49,009 bases of DNA, taken from IMG/VR virus record IMGVR_UViG_3300021411_000009, positions 1-49,009 of that record. The stretch is one strand, 5' to 3'. Each line of letters begins with the position of its first letter. Position 1 is the first letter of the stretch. Both the position numbers and the translations under genes were made by a program. Of this stretch, positions 9,289-18,471 are shown piece by piece. A model generated the notes under the pieces. It worked only from the letters and a program-made list of their open reading frames with translations, was not told where the DNA came from and made no database searches. Source of the stretch: a virus (Duplodnaviria; Caudoviricetes).

Positions 9289-10233
9289 TCAGTAAATCAA
9301 ACGATCGTTTCCGCATTCTACCGGCCAGTCGTTGTACAAAATCTGAGGAGGTTTTATTCCCCCAGGGGTTTGTGATTGAGCCGCGTTGTTAACAAGACGG
9401 ATCGCTTCTCCTTCAGCATCTCTGGCCTGCTGAAATTGATTATCTTTTCGGAACTTGACCGCTTTTACAGCAAGTAAAAGGGCCTCTTCTTCCTCGATAT
9501 TTATCCAATCAGAAAGGCTCCTTACCTTAAGGTCCTTTTTCTTGTACTTGATCCGGACCCAGTTTTGGGCCGCGACTCGAAGCCTGCGATAGCTCGGAAC
9601 TGTCTCCGAAGGCCCATAGTAGCCAATCGAGGTATGGGGCGTACCGTCCGAGTTGATTGCTATGAGCTTAACGAAACCGTTCGTGAGATCCTTTCGGATA
9701 CGGTAAATCTTATCGATTGTTCCGACTAGGGGATTAGGCTGAGAGTACCCAAAGATCGTAGGGACGAGAAAGCCTTCCTCTAATGCGCCGGTTTTTCCAG
9801 CGGTGTAGATTGGCTTGCCGTTGGACGTGGCATAGACTCGAAGCATCTTTCCGTTGTCTGACGCGCTCTCTACCTCAGCGATTAGCTTAACGGGTCCGGA
9901 TGGATCTCGGTAGGTTACGACTGCACCCAGCTCGTCAGAATAGACGCAAGGCGTGCAGGATTGAGATCCTGGACCATTAGGATGAAACTCAAAAAACTGA
10001 TTGCGGATAAGCGTAGGCTGGCCTGAGGAGTTAACTTCCAATACCGTACCAACATCCTCCGGCAGCGTAACCGTCCCCTCGCATACACATAAATCTAGCG
10101 TGCCTAAGCTTGGGTCAAGTAGGCTCTGGTCGGCTATGACTTTAACCGCATAGGTGATCGCGTTAAATACGGCGGTGCTATCGCATTTTCCAAGCGCATC
10201 AGCCGCTTGATCAAAAATCGTATCTACATACAT
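9289..10233 (-). CDS. Head-tail adaptor (tail tubular A-like)
   Basis: 314 aa; helical N- and C-termini around a beta core; directly upstream of the nozzle gene. Confidence 0.55.
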   Translation of the reverse strand: MYVDTIFDQAADALGKCDSTAVFNAITYAVKVIADQSLLDPSLGTLDLCVCEGTVTLPEDVGTVLEVNSSGQPTLIRNQFFEFHPNGPGSQSCTPCVYSDELGAVVTYRDPSGPVKLIAEVESASDNGKMLRVYATSNGKPIYTAGKTGALEEGFLVPTIFGYSQPNPLVGTIDKIYRIRKDLTNGFVKLIAINSDGTPHTSIGYYGPSETVPSYRRLRVAAQNWVRIKYKKKDLKVRSLSDWINIEEEEALLLAVKAVKFRKDNQFQQARDAEGEAIRLVNNAAQSQTPGGIKPPQILYNDWPVECGNDRLIY

Positions 10234-10235
10234 AT

Positions 10236-10622
10236 TCAGTACTCCTCATCCTCATCGTCCGTCTCTTCTTTGTCGTCCTCTTCCTTGAGATTAATCATCT
10301 TGTCGGCGGCAGTGTCGAAGTCGTCCTCAAGCTTACCACCCGGTTTCTCGATTACTTTCTCGTCGGCGATTTCTTCGATAGGCTGAATCGCGTGCACATC
10401 CATCTCGTAGCAATAGCACATCGACCCATCATCCTCCTCGATCTCTTCCTTGCGCTTAACGTGGCCAATCGCCAAGAAAAAGAAGTCTCCTTCCGGTAAA
10501 ACAATCTCTTCCTTTGACCGAATGCGTAGGCATGGATATTCTGGGCCACTATCTTTACCCATCACGGCCATTGCAAAGCCGGGCATCTCTAACGAAGTCA
10601 TAGGAGATTCTTTCTTAGCCAT
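10236..10622 (-). CDS. Acidic hypothetical virion-module protein
   Basis: Likely start ATG 10622 (MAKKESP) just after the upstream stop; very acidic C-terminus. Confidence 0.55.
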   Translation of the reverse strand: MAKKESPMTSLEMPGFAMAVMGKDSGPEYPCLRIRSKEEIVLPEGDFFFLAIGHVKRKEEIEEDDGSMCYCYEMDVHAIQPIEEIADEKVIEKPGGKLEDDFDTAADKMINLKEEDDKEETDDEDEEY

Positions 10623-10626
10623 AAAA

Positions 10627-11037
10627 TTATTGTGAGTATAGGCTGCTTCCATCGCTCGTCATGCGAGCACTTTCAAATTGTCCTAGTGTGATACTTGCTT
10701 GGCCCGCGATTGTGTCTGATCCAGATGGATCTACGGTTACGTGGCCTACGCCCTTATTAAGCACACCAAACGTTATTCCAGAACTCGCGGCAGCCAAAGG
10801 AAGCGTAAGTGTAATATTTGCGCCCGTGTTGGCTACCACATAGCCCATAGCAGGCGTTAGCGTCGTATCGGCGTTTACGTAGGTTACGATTTGTGCGCCG
10901 TCCGTGTTGCTCTGAATCGAGGCGATCAGATCAGCAAGCGTGATCTGATTAATCGTTCCGTCAGAATCGCGCCGAAACAGGATCGTATCGGCTGGATCAA
11001 TAGACGTTAAAATGGGGTAACTTCCGAATTGTGGCAT
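10627..11037 (-). CDS. Short fibre/decoration protein
   Basis: N-terminus paralogous to 11043..11852; C-terminal ITLTLPLAAAS...VLNKG...VTVDPSGSDTIAG motif common in phage fibre proteins. Confidence 0.6.
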   Translation of the reverse strand: MPQFGSYPILTSIDPADTILFRRDSDGTINQITLADLIASIQSNTDGAQIVTYVNADTTLTPAMGYVVANTGANITLTLPLAAASSGITFGVLNKGVGHVTVDPSGSDTIAGQASITLGQFESARMTSDGSSLYSQ

Positions 11038-11042
11038 AACTT

Positions 11043-11852
11043 TTAGCTCGCTTTTATCAATTTAATTACTGCGCCGTCGATGAGAACTTCCACGTATGAC
11101 GTAGTGTCAGCCGTTACAGCACCTACCGTAACTTTTCCGGTGCGCCACAAACCTGCTGCTCCATTAGGGTTGCCTGTTTTGAAACCCGTTGACATGGAGA
11201 CGAATCCGGTTCCGCTAGGTGTAAGTGTGACATTTTGGTTTGAGCCGCTGCTCGTGAGACCGCTAGCGCCGGGAAACACAAACGCTACTCCAGCATCCGC
11301 CAGGGTAACGCCGCTATCCTTATATGTACCTCCGCCAGTACCGTTAAACCGAACCAAGCCGTTAGCCGTGCTAGAGCCAGGACCTACCGCGTAGTCCGTA
11401 CCTGCAATGGCAATAGAGGGGACACCCGTTACCGCTGTGTTCTTAACTAGGCCAGTAGCTAAAGTAGAAAGCGCAAATTCATTGGTTAGGTCTGCATTCG
11501 GAACAGAGGTCCAATATGTAGCGCCGATAGGTGCTCCGCCACCTCCACCACCACCAGTAACCGTGTTAGATAAAACCGTGCCTACAATCTGAAGGCCATC
11601 GCCAATCGAAAGAAACTTTATTGCTGCTGCGCTATTGTCCCAGAAGACGATTGCGTCTTGGCCGGGGCTTGTCAGGTTTGAGCCTGTTCCGCCCTTAGCG
11701 ATTGGAAGCACGCCAGGAATAACCGAAAGCGAAAGGCTTGCCTCTACATCTTGAAACTCGATTTGCTTTACGCCGCCAACGGCCTGATTTATGAGAAACG
11801 TATCGGTCGGCGCGATAATAGTTACCTGGGGATATGAAGCGAATTGCGGCAC
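11043..11852 (-). CDS. Fibre/decoration protein
   Basis: GTG start; GVLPIAKGGTG fibre motif, poly-Gly linker, three segments shared with the 926-aa fibre. Confidence 0.65.
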   Translation of the reverse strand: MPQFASYPQVTIIAPTDTFLINQAVGGVKQIEFQDVEASLSLSVIPGVLPIAKGGTGSNLTSPGQDAIVFWDNSAAAIKFLSIGDGLQIVGTVLSNTVTGGGGGGGAPIGATYWTSVPNADLTNEFALSTLATGLVKNTAVTGVPSIAIAGTDYAVGPGSSTANGLVRFNGTGGGTYKDSGVTLADAGVAFVFPGASGLTSSGSNQNVTLTPSGTGFVSMSTGFKTGNPNGAAGLWRTGKVTVGAVTADTTSYVEVLIDGAVIKLIKAS

Positions 11853-11856
11853 TGGA

Positions 11857-12132
11857 CTAGGTGATTATGGTTGTGATCGGCAGACCGAGTTGATCCGTTA
11901 TTACTTCGCAGTTCTGGTCAAAGAGACGAGAGGTAACCGTGAATCCGCCTGTGCTTGGATTGAACTCGGTCACGTACTGATCATCGGCACACTGGATTAC
12001 TGGCGCGTCTGGTCGCTCGCACGTGAGTTTTACCGGGACCGGAAAGGTTTGGCCTTGGTCCTCGTGAACCGGCTCGGCGAACGGGCCACATACGGCGCTA
12101 GTTGACTGGCTCTGTGGGTTCGGGGAACTCAT
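11857..12132 (-). CDS. Small Cys-containing structural-module protein
   Basis: 91 aa; ends LFDQNCEVITDQLGLPITT; preceded by a promoter-like sequence. Confidence 0.6.
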   Translation of the reverse strand: MSSPNPQSQSTSAVCGPFAEPVHEDQGQTFPVPVKLTCERPDAPVIQCADDQYVTEFNPSTGGFTVTSRLFDQNCEVITDQLGLPITTIIT

Positions 12133-12181
12133 TGGTTTAAAGCCTGGTTGGCGATTCCAGGGATGCGCCCGATCTTAGCGA

Positions 12182-12210
12182 AATACGAACAGATTACGCC
12201 TGATCGTCAA
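12182..12210 (-). promoter_or_regulatory. Putative sigma70-type promoter
   Basis: TTGACG-17 bp-CGTATT on the minus strand in the intergenic gap. Confidence 0.4.
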
Positions 12211-12218
12211 CCTAGATC

Positions 12219-12686
12219 TCATTTCTTGAGTTGAATGTAGGCCACGATGATTAGCCCTACTGTCGTTATGAATGTAGTTGCCGCGCCCCAAATGGCTACC
12301 CGCTGCTCTTTGTATGTCTGATTTCCCTTTTTCTTGATCTCTGAGAGCTCGGTCTGAATGTCTAGCTTGAGCTGTTCATGGTCCTTAACCAGGCCCGTAG
12401 TTTGCATGCTCGGGTCGCCGAGAAGGCGAAATTTTAGGTCTCTCGCCAATTCAACGAATGGCGACATAGATTCGCGCAGGTCTTTTACTTCTACGGCCAC
12501 GTTACCCATAGTCAGCTCCATCTTGTCTATTCGATCAGCCGCCCTGATGCTCTCCTCTCCTTGCTTGAGGATTGCCCCCATTATTCGGCTGTTTGCTTCG
12601 TGCCGCTCTTTTTGCCGCCGCTTCTCAAGATCATCTAGCTTGGCATTAAGTGCATTCGTTGAAAGTCTTTCGTGGTCCTCCGCCAT
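12219..12686 (-). CDS. Coiled-coil protein with C-terminal transmembrane helix (possibly holin/lysis-related)
   Basis: Charged heptads then VAIWGAATTFITTVGLIIVAYI-QLKK. Confidence 0.55.
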   Translation of the reverse strand: MAEDHERLSTNALNAKLDDLEKRRQKERHEANSRIMGAILKQGEESIRAADRIDKMELTMGNVAVEVKDLRESMSPFVELARDLKFRLLGDPSMQTTGLVKDHEQLKLDIQTELSEIKKKGNQTYKEQRVAIWGAATTFITTVGLIIVAYIQLKK

Positions 12687-12703
12687 AAAAATACCCTCCT
12701 TGT

Positions 12704-12922
12704 TTATTTTGAAATCGGTGGAACGGTTCCGTTTGAGGAAACCGTGGTATCTAGGGAATCAGCTGTGATAAGCGTGTGCCCCCATGGCGTCGTAATTTCT
12801 TGCTTGAAATTCTTCAAGTGAACGTCCTTACCGGGGACCAGCCCCTGCCAATTCCCATTGACGCAACCTGAACATTCCAACAAAATAGCCGAAACAGCTA
12901 CAATAAGTGAAAATCGTTTCAT
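12704..12922 (-). CDS. Small lipoprotein
   Basis: Start re-assigned to ATG 12922: MKRFSLIVAVSAILLECSG-C, a signal peptide with lipobox-like Cys. Confidence 0.6.
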   Translation of the reverse strand: MKRFSLIVAVSAILLECSGCVNGNWQGLVPGKDVHLKNFKQEITTPWGHTLITADSLDTTVSSNGTVPPISK

Positions 12923-13001
12923 GTGAATTTTAATTGTTACCAATTTTACGAAAAGATTAGAGTGTCTTATCCAAAAGATGGCAACGCCCAATTTCCGTTG
13001 A

Positions 13002-15782
13002 TTAAGCGGCTGGTATAAAGTTAACCGAACTGATTTTAGAAACGATGTCGTTAGTTGCAGCGCCAACTCCAGCCGCTTGACCAGTTGTTTTTAGCACATT
13101 AGTTGAGGAAAGCGTAAGACCAGTCAGTTCTCCTACTGCCGTGTAGGCGGAGAGTGCGGCCCCCTCTGTCGTGAAACTCACATTGTAGCGCACCACAGTT
13201 GCGCTTACGCGCATGATTTGGCAAAATAATGACCAAGCTGCCGATAGAGAAAGCGTGAGTGTCCCCGTGTCAAAGATCGCCGTGCCACCAAAATATAGCT
13301 TGATCTCACGAGTTGCTGTAGCCGATGAAACGAAAACTCCACCAGATTCTAATTCAAGCTTGTCTCCGTTTGTTCCTAGCTGACTAGCGGCAATAGTGTT
13401 TGAAACAAGATCGGTTTCTGTTGTAGTTGAATTTCCTGCATCAGCAAAATTATTGAAAAGGGGAAGAAGAACGCGAGTGCTACGTGCGAGCTGTACGGCT
13501 GTTCCGGCAATATCTGCCTCGGCGTAGTTAGTTTGCAAGCTCCCAAGCCTCCATGCGGCTGCTGTTCCACTTGTAGGATTTGACGTTTTTAAACCATTAC
13601 CATCCCATGCACCAACGGTTGATCCATTTATGAAGAACTGAAACTGTCCGGTTGACGGGGCTGCAAAATATAGAATTTTATCGTCACCCGACGCTCCACC
13701 AAGCATTCCTAAAGTTCCTGCAAGCGTACGCACAGCATTAAAAGATAAAAGTCCGTAAGCTGTAATACCAGCTCCTCCTGAACCAACCCTTATAGGGTTG
13801 GTCATACTTGCGTCCTTTGCCTGAATAAGGGTAGCCGCATCATCGGTCATTGAACCTACTAGCATACGACCTGGACTTCCCGCTACCACTCGCACGGTTG
13901 GATTATTAGAGTAGCCTCCTGTAATAATGTCAAATGGAGAAGTTCCTCCAGTTGAAGTTGCTCCGTTCGTAATTACAAGAAGACTATTGTCTGCTCCAAA
14001 TACTGAATTATTTCGGAACCCAGTAATTGCGAATGCGGACCCGTAAACTCCAAAAGTAGCAGTTGCCGCACTATCATTTTCACATGTAAAAGTAGAGCGA
14101 CCTGCATTAGCAGAATTTAACGCATGAAACGTAATTGAACCCGATCCACTATTATTTGTATTGACTTTAACTTCACCAGTTCCGCTTGGAGTAAATACTA
14201 TGCTCTGATTGGAACCGCTTGCGGTAATCGCTGGATTTCCAGATGCCCCGATGGTGAAGGCCGGTGTACTAGACACCGCCGTTCCTGTAGAAGCGTAATA
14301 GGCAAGTTGCGTTGCCGTTCCGCTGTTGACCGTACCGCTTCCACCACCCGTTGCGCTCAGCACGCCAGCGCTCAAGCTGAGCCCAGTTCCTACCGTAGCC
14401 GTAGTTACATTTCCTGATGTGTCGTTTGTGAGGAGACCTGCTGTGGTGTATGATGGAAGTCTTAACGCACCCGCATTTGATAGCTGAAGGAATGGAAATT
14501 CAGTGGTTCCATCGTAGTAATCTATTGCGAACGTGTTTCCGCCAGCAATTACGCCCGAATTTGGTACGCCCAAAAGCCACTCATTAGAAGCATCGTTCCT
14601 TTGGAACTCTAGCCATACGCTATTGAGCGTATCGGCACGCTTCATCCTAAGTCTAGACTCGGCAGCAGTAGAATTAAGCGTAGCTATGCAAAAGCCAGAT
14701 CTCTCAAAATAGAGCGCCGTGCTTGCCGGTAGCGTTCCTCCGTCCGAAACATTCCCGCTATCGTCGATGATAAATAGTGAGTTCTGTCCCAATTTTCCTG
14801 TGGTCCCATCAAACCTAACAACGGCGTTATCGGTTGCGCTAGCGGGTCCTACGAAGTCTCCTGTTCCTCCGCCAGTAGCCGTGAGCGATCCCGCTGCCAG
14901 CGTTAGTCCTGAACCAATCGTGATTTCCTCGATTGCGCCTGTTGCCGCCGTGGTTCTGCCAAGGATTCTGGCGGTAGCCTGCGTTAGCCCTGAGGTAGTT
15001 ATTGCGCCTGGCACAACCGCCGTAGACCAAGCCAGCGTACCAGATCCGTTATTGTGTAGGAATCCTAGCGAATCAGCTAAGGCCGATAGCGCCGTAAGCG
15101 TAGCGTCTATTGGCTGGTAAAGTGTCGAAAGGCTAGGTATGTCCGCTATGACTAGGCCGCGAAACGTAGGCGTTGCTGCCGCGCCTGTGGTAGGACCGGC
15201 CCATACCGTGTTAGGTAGCTCGGTTGCTAGCGTTACGCTAAACGTGCCTGCCGTAGTTATAGGTGAACCGGCCACGCTAAAGATTGCAGGTAGACTTAGC
15301 CCAACGCTAGTCACCGTACCGGAACCGCCTCCACCACCTCCGATACCCATCGCGTTAACTTCAGCTACGGTCAAGTCTTTGGGGTCTGCCGCAAGGATGC
15401 TGTTATTGCCCTTGATCGTCATCGGCGGCATCTTCGCTAGCTTCCCGTTACTCACTGCATTTGGGCTAATCGTCGTCGCGAGCGATCCAACAGGCGTTGT
15501 AACGTCTCCCGTTAAGGCCGGGAACCTAAGCGGCGGGATTGTGCCCGCGATTAGGTCTGAGGCACTACCGCTCGTGGCAATCGCGGCCAGGCCGGGAATG
15601 ATTGATCCTACGCTTGTCCAGAACGGCTTAGCGCTTTTCTTGCCATCGCCTTGCTGAGCCAGAACTTTTAGATCTGTGCTAACGCTTCCTGGAATCCGAG
15701 CGCTTCGGCCTGGTGCACTTCCAGCAAGAATATCCCCGACGTTCCAATCGGTGATCTGGGTTGGGATATTTATGTCCGGCAT
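13002..15782 (-). CDS. Long tail fibre protein
   Basis: 926 aa Gly/Thr/Ser/Ala-rich; GGSGTVTSVGLSLP, AGPTTGAAATPTFR, QPIDATLTALSAL and GPASATDNAVVRFDGTTGK fibre modules. Confidence 0.8.
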   Translation of the reverse strand: MPDINIPTQITDWNVGDILAGSAPGRSARIPGSVSTDLKVLAQQGDGKKSAKPFWTSVGSIIPGLAAIATSGSASDLIAGTIPPLRFPALTGDVTTPVGSLATTISPNAVSNGKLAKMPPMTIKGNNSILAADPKDLTVAEVNAMGIGGGGGGSGTVTSVGLSLPAIFSVAGSPITTAGTFSVTLATELPNTVWAGPTTGAAATPTFRGLVIADIPSLSTLYQPIDATLTALSALADSLGFLHNNGSGTLAWSTAVVPGAITTSGLTQATARILGRTTAATGAIEEITIGSGLTLAAGSLTATGGGTGDFVGPASATDNAVVRFDGTTGKLGQNSLFIIDDSGNVSDGGTLPASTALYFERSGFCIATLNSTAAESRLRMKRADTLNSVWLEFQRNDASNEWLLGVPNSGVIAGGNTFAIDYYDGTTEFPFLQLSNAGALRLPSYTTAGLLTNDTSGNVTTATVGTGLSLSAGVLSATGGGSGTVNSGTATQLAYYASTGTAVSSTPAFTIGASGNPAITASGSNQSIVFTPSGTGEVKVNTNNSGSGSITFHALNSANAGRSTFTCENDSAATATFGVYGSAFAITGFRNNSVFGADNSLLVITNGATSTGGTSPFDIITGGYSNNPTVRVVAGSPGRMLVGSMTDDAATLIQAKDASMTNPIRVGSGGAGITAYGLLSFNAVRTLAGTLGMLGGASGDDKILYFAAPSTGQFQFFINGSTVGAWDGNGLKTSNPTSGTAAAWRLGSLQTNYAEADIAGTAVQLARSTRVLLPLFNNFADAGNSTTTETDLVSNTIAASQLGTNGDKLELESGGVFVSSATATREIKLYFGGTAIFDTGTLTLSLSAAWSLFCQIMRVSATVVRYNVSFTTEGAALSAYTAVGELTGLTLSSTNVLKTTGQAAGVGAATNDIVSKISSVNFIPAA

Positions 15783-15785
15783 TTA

Positions 15786-17195
15786 TTAATTTATGAATGC
15801 AAGAATGTCTGAAGCATTAAAATTGCTTGGATCGCCGTGTGTTCCAGTGGAGGTAAGAACTGTAAAACTAGCTGGATGCGCCCCCAATCGTGTGACCAGT
15901 GCATCAGTGTTGTTGACTCGATCAACGGTTACATCACTGTAGCTTGCTGCTGCTCGCATTTCTAGTCCGTCAAATTGAGCAACTGGAAACTGCATTGGGT
16001 CACAGCCAACGCTTGCAGCTACAAACGTAGGATAGTCGCTAGATCCATAAGCGGTGTTCATTGAAGTCACGAACGCTGGCTGGTTCTGGTACAGCCAATC
16101 CAAATTAGTGCATGGCGCAATTCCATACCACTTCGAAACTCCAGTAAAATACGCTGCTGCTCTAAGTGAGGTAAGGCCACCCATAGACTGGCCAACACAG
16201 ACTAGCGTCGTTACGTTAATTAACGATTTCAGCCAGTTAAGTGCAGCTTGAGTTGCAGTCCAAGATGTTGGGTTACCCCATTGGTCCGTGATGGGACCAC
16301 CTGTTGATGAAATCACAACCCAGCCATCGGCCATAAGTCCAAGCACAGTGGCTCTTGCCGCAAACTGCGTTCCAGAGAACGATGAAAGAATAGATTGAAA
16401 ATCGTCCCCGCCGCTTCCATGAAAGAATGCGCATACCTTAACTCCCGTGACATTGTTTGGAATAGAACCTGGAACCAAAACACAAGCATTGTCGGTGGGC
16501 CCCGTAAAAGCTTTCGTCATATAGCCTGACGCGATCCCTGGAGATCTAAAATTACAACTATTTACATTGAACCTGTAATTTGTAACAGGCGAAGTCCCAG
16601 GAAATTTAATTTTACTTAAGGGAAGTGGAGGTGTTGACCCATCGTAAGAGGGATTAATATAGCCTGCCTCCGTATGAAAATTGACGTTATTAAACCAAGG
16701 CGCGCCACCGAATCCACTTAAACCAACACCAGGTTCAAGGATATTTGGCAAATAATAAAGAGGATCATCATAGGTTAATGTTGACCCTGTAGAAACTTGT
16801 TCAATGGCCCCATCTAAACCAATAGTGCCTCCCTCTAACCAAGCTCTGCAAAAATTGCCCGTTGGATCGAAGTCTTTATAGGGTGAAATAAAATTGCGAA
16901 TCTGAACGAATCCCCGATATGTTATAAATAAATCAGCCCAAGAAAATCCGCCATTGGCATTGGCCGCGCCAACATCTGTAGCCGTCAATGTCACCGCTGG
17001 CCCCGACTCTCCGTTAACTGTGTTTACTGGCTGCGTAGCGTAAGAAGGATTAGGATACGTCCCCGAAAGCACACCACCTGCCGGACCACTCGGCGCACCT
17101 CCACCGCCGCCCCCTCCTCCACCAGTAGACGTATTATCAACTATCTTTCGTAGCGAAATCGCTGGCGTATCATTAGAAAACGATGTTTGACTCAT
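15786..17195 (-). CDS. Virion fibre protein with C-terminal alpha/beta-hydrolase (esterase) domain
   Basis: N-terminal GPAGGVLSGTYPNP and VNTVNG..VTLTATDVGA fibre motifs; FFHGSGG oxyanion motif, GQSMGG nucleophile elbow, candidate Asp (SDVTV) and His (GTHG). Confidence 0.75.
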   Translation of the reverse strand: MSQTSFSNDTPAISLRKIVDNTSTGGGGGGGGGAPSGPAGGVLSGTYPNPSYATQPVNTVNGESGPAVTLTATDVGAANANGGFSWADLFITYRGFVQIRNFISPYKDFDPTGNFCRAWLEGGTIGLDGAIEQVSTGSTLTYDDPLYYLPNILEPGVGLSGFGGAPWFNNVNFHTEAGYINPSYDGSTPPLPLSKIKFPGTSPVTNYRFNVNSCNFRSPGIASGYMTKAFTGPTDNACVLVPGSIPNNVTGVKVCAFFHGSGGDDFQSILSSFSGTQFAARATVLGLMADGWVVISSTGGPITDQWGNPTSWTATQAALNWLKSLINVTTLVCVGQSMGGLTSLRAAAYFTGVSKWYGIAPCTNLDWLYQNQPAFVTSMNTAYGSSDYPTFVAASVGCDPMQFPVAQFDGLEMRAAASYSDVTVDRVNNTDALVTRLGAHPASFTVLTSTGTHGDPSNFNASDILAFIN

Positions 17196-17371
17196 GAGAG
17201 GATAGCTGTATAATCAACGGTTAACTGGAGTAACTCTGAATAGGATGCGCTTGGATCGGGCGCTTCACCCGTGTATCCAGCAGCGGCGGCAAGAATCCAG
17301 AAGTTATAGGCCATCTTATAAATAGATACCTGAAACGTATCGTTTTGGTCGGAGGTTAGCGGCGTAGCCAT
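17192..17371 (-). CDS. 59-aa protein missed by the ORF track
   Basis: MATPLTSDQNDTFQVSIYKMAYNFWILAAAAGYTGEAPDPSASYSELLQLTVDYTAILS; its TGA overlaps the next ATG (ATGA). Confidence 0.7.
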   Translation of the reverse strand: MATPLTSDQNDTFQVSIYKMAYNFWILAAAAGYTGEAPDPSASYSELLQLTVDYTAILS

Positions 17372-17381
17372 AAGTTTTAGG

Positions 17382-17504
17382 TTGACGAGATGCGCTTGGG
17401 GTTCAACGCTTTTCGGTGCTCGGATAGGTTAGCTCCCGAAAAGCCGGTTATTCTCCCCGGTTTCTGAGCACATCTTTTGGAGAAGGTAACAGAGAATAAC
17501 TATT
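17382..17504 (+). promoter_or_regulatory. Putative promoter and structured leader of the HNH cassette
   Basis: TTGACG at 17382; stems 17416-24/17463-71, 17408-16/17436-44 and 17447-55/17492-500. Confidence 0.5.
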
Positions 17505-17771
17505 ATGAGAAAGTGGATGTCAACGCCAGGACCTGAAAAGGAACCTGCAAAAATAATAATCATTGAAGAAGGAAGCATTGCTCACGAAATCTTAGACAAG
17601 ATGGCCGAATTGCACCGTTTCTTGATTGCAGCCAGGAGTGAATGTGAAAAACGAAAGGAAAAAACGGACGTGAAATGCATAAATGCATTTCTGTTCATGA
17701 TCGAAGAGAACTTTGGCGAGTACTTAGAAACGCCTCCGACTCCAGTAATCCGTGGAAACCAAGACAATTAA
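17505..17771 (+). CDS. Hypothetical protein
   Basis: 88 aa ORF directly upstream of the HNH gene, antisense to the structural operon. Confidence 0.5.
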   Translation: MRKWMSTPGPEKEPAKIIIIEEGSIAHEILDKMAELHRFLIAARSECEKRKEKTDVKCINAFLFMIEENFGEYLETPPTPVIRGNQDN

Positions 17772-17773
17772 TT

Positions 17774-18424
17774 ATGGATTTCATAGACCTAACAGGCCAA
17801 AAGATGGGCCGATGGAACGTAATTCGCCACGTTGAAGGAACGTACCCCAAACGATTTCTTTGTCGGTGTGAGTGCGGAACAGAAAAGGAAGTGGTTTCTC
17901 AAACCTTGAGAAATGGTGATTCGTCATCATGCGGATGCCATAGGCGGGAGGTAACGACAGCCAGAAATCTTAAACATGGTCAAAACACGCGAGAACTAAC
18001 AACTCCAGAATACTCTGCGTGGGCTGCTCTTATGGCCAGATGTCTTCCGGGCAGTAAAAACGCTGCAAATTATTATGATAGAGGAATTCGAGTTTGCGAT
18101 GAATGGCTTGGCGAAGAAGGGTTCGTTAGGTTTTTCGCATATGTAGGACCCAGACCAACACCAAAACATAGCATTGATAGGATAAACAATTCTCTTGGCT
18201 ACCAACCGGGAAACGTTAAATGGAGTACCGCACGAGAACAGGCCATCAATAGGCGCTCTACGAGAATGCTTACCCACCCAGTAACGGGGGAAACAATGTG
18301 CATGAAAGATTGGGTAATTAAGATCGGCGTTTCTCGCCGAACCCTAGGTCAAAGAATAGATAAACTAGGCTGGCGTCTTGAAGACGCACTAAGCCCTGGT
18401 GCTCTCTACAAGAGACACAAATGA
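17774..18424 (+). CDS. HNH-like homing endonuclease with N-terminal Zn-ribbon
   Basis: Start ATG 17774: DLTGQKMGRW..CRCECG..SCGC; RGIRVCDEW; SIDRINNSLGYQPGNVKWST. Confidence 0.85.
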   Translation: MDFIDLTGQKMGRWNVIRHVEGTYPKRFLCRCECGTEKEVVSQTLRNGDSSSCGCHRREVTTARNLKHGQNTRELTTPEYSAWAALMARCLPGSKNAANYYDRGIRVCDEWLGEEGFVRFFAYVGPRPTPKHSIDRINNSLGYQPGNVKWSTAREQAINRRSTRMLTHPVTGETMCMKDWVIKIGVSRRTLGQRIDKLGWRLEDALSPGALYKRHK

Positions 18425-18454
18425 AAAAAGGCCCGGATTAATTCCGGGCCTTTT
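18424..18454. terminator. Bidirectional intrinsic terminator
   Basis: AAAAAAGGCCCGGA-TTAAT-TCCGGGCCTTTT between the converging HNH and capsid genes. Confidence 0.85.
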
Positions 18455-18471
18455 GATTTAGAGTTTGACGA

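Noticed and set aside
14719-15657. Plus-strand ORFs opposite the fibre gene
   Set aside because: Shadows of Gly/Thr/Ala codons on the coding strand.
3610-17195. Diversity-generating retroelement or invertible fibre cassette
   Set aside because: No reverse transcriptase or invertase, and no near-identical DNA repeat pair seen; fibre similarities are at protein level only.
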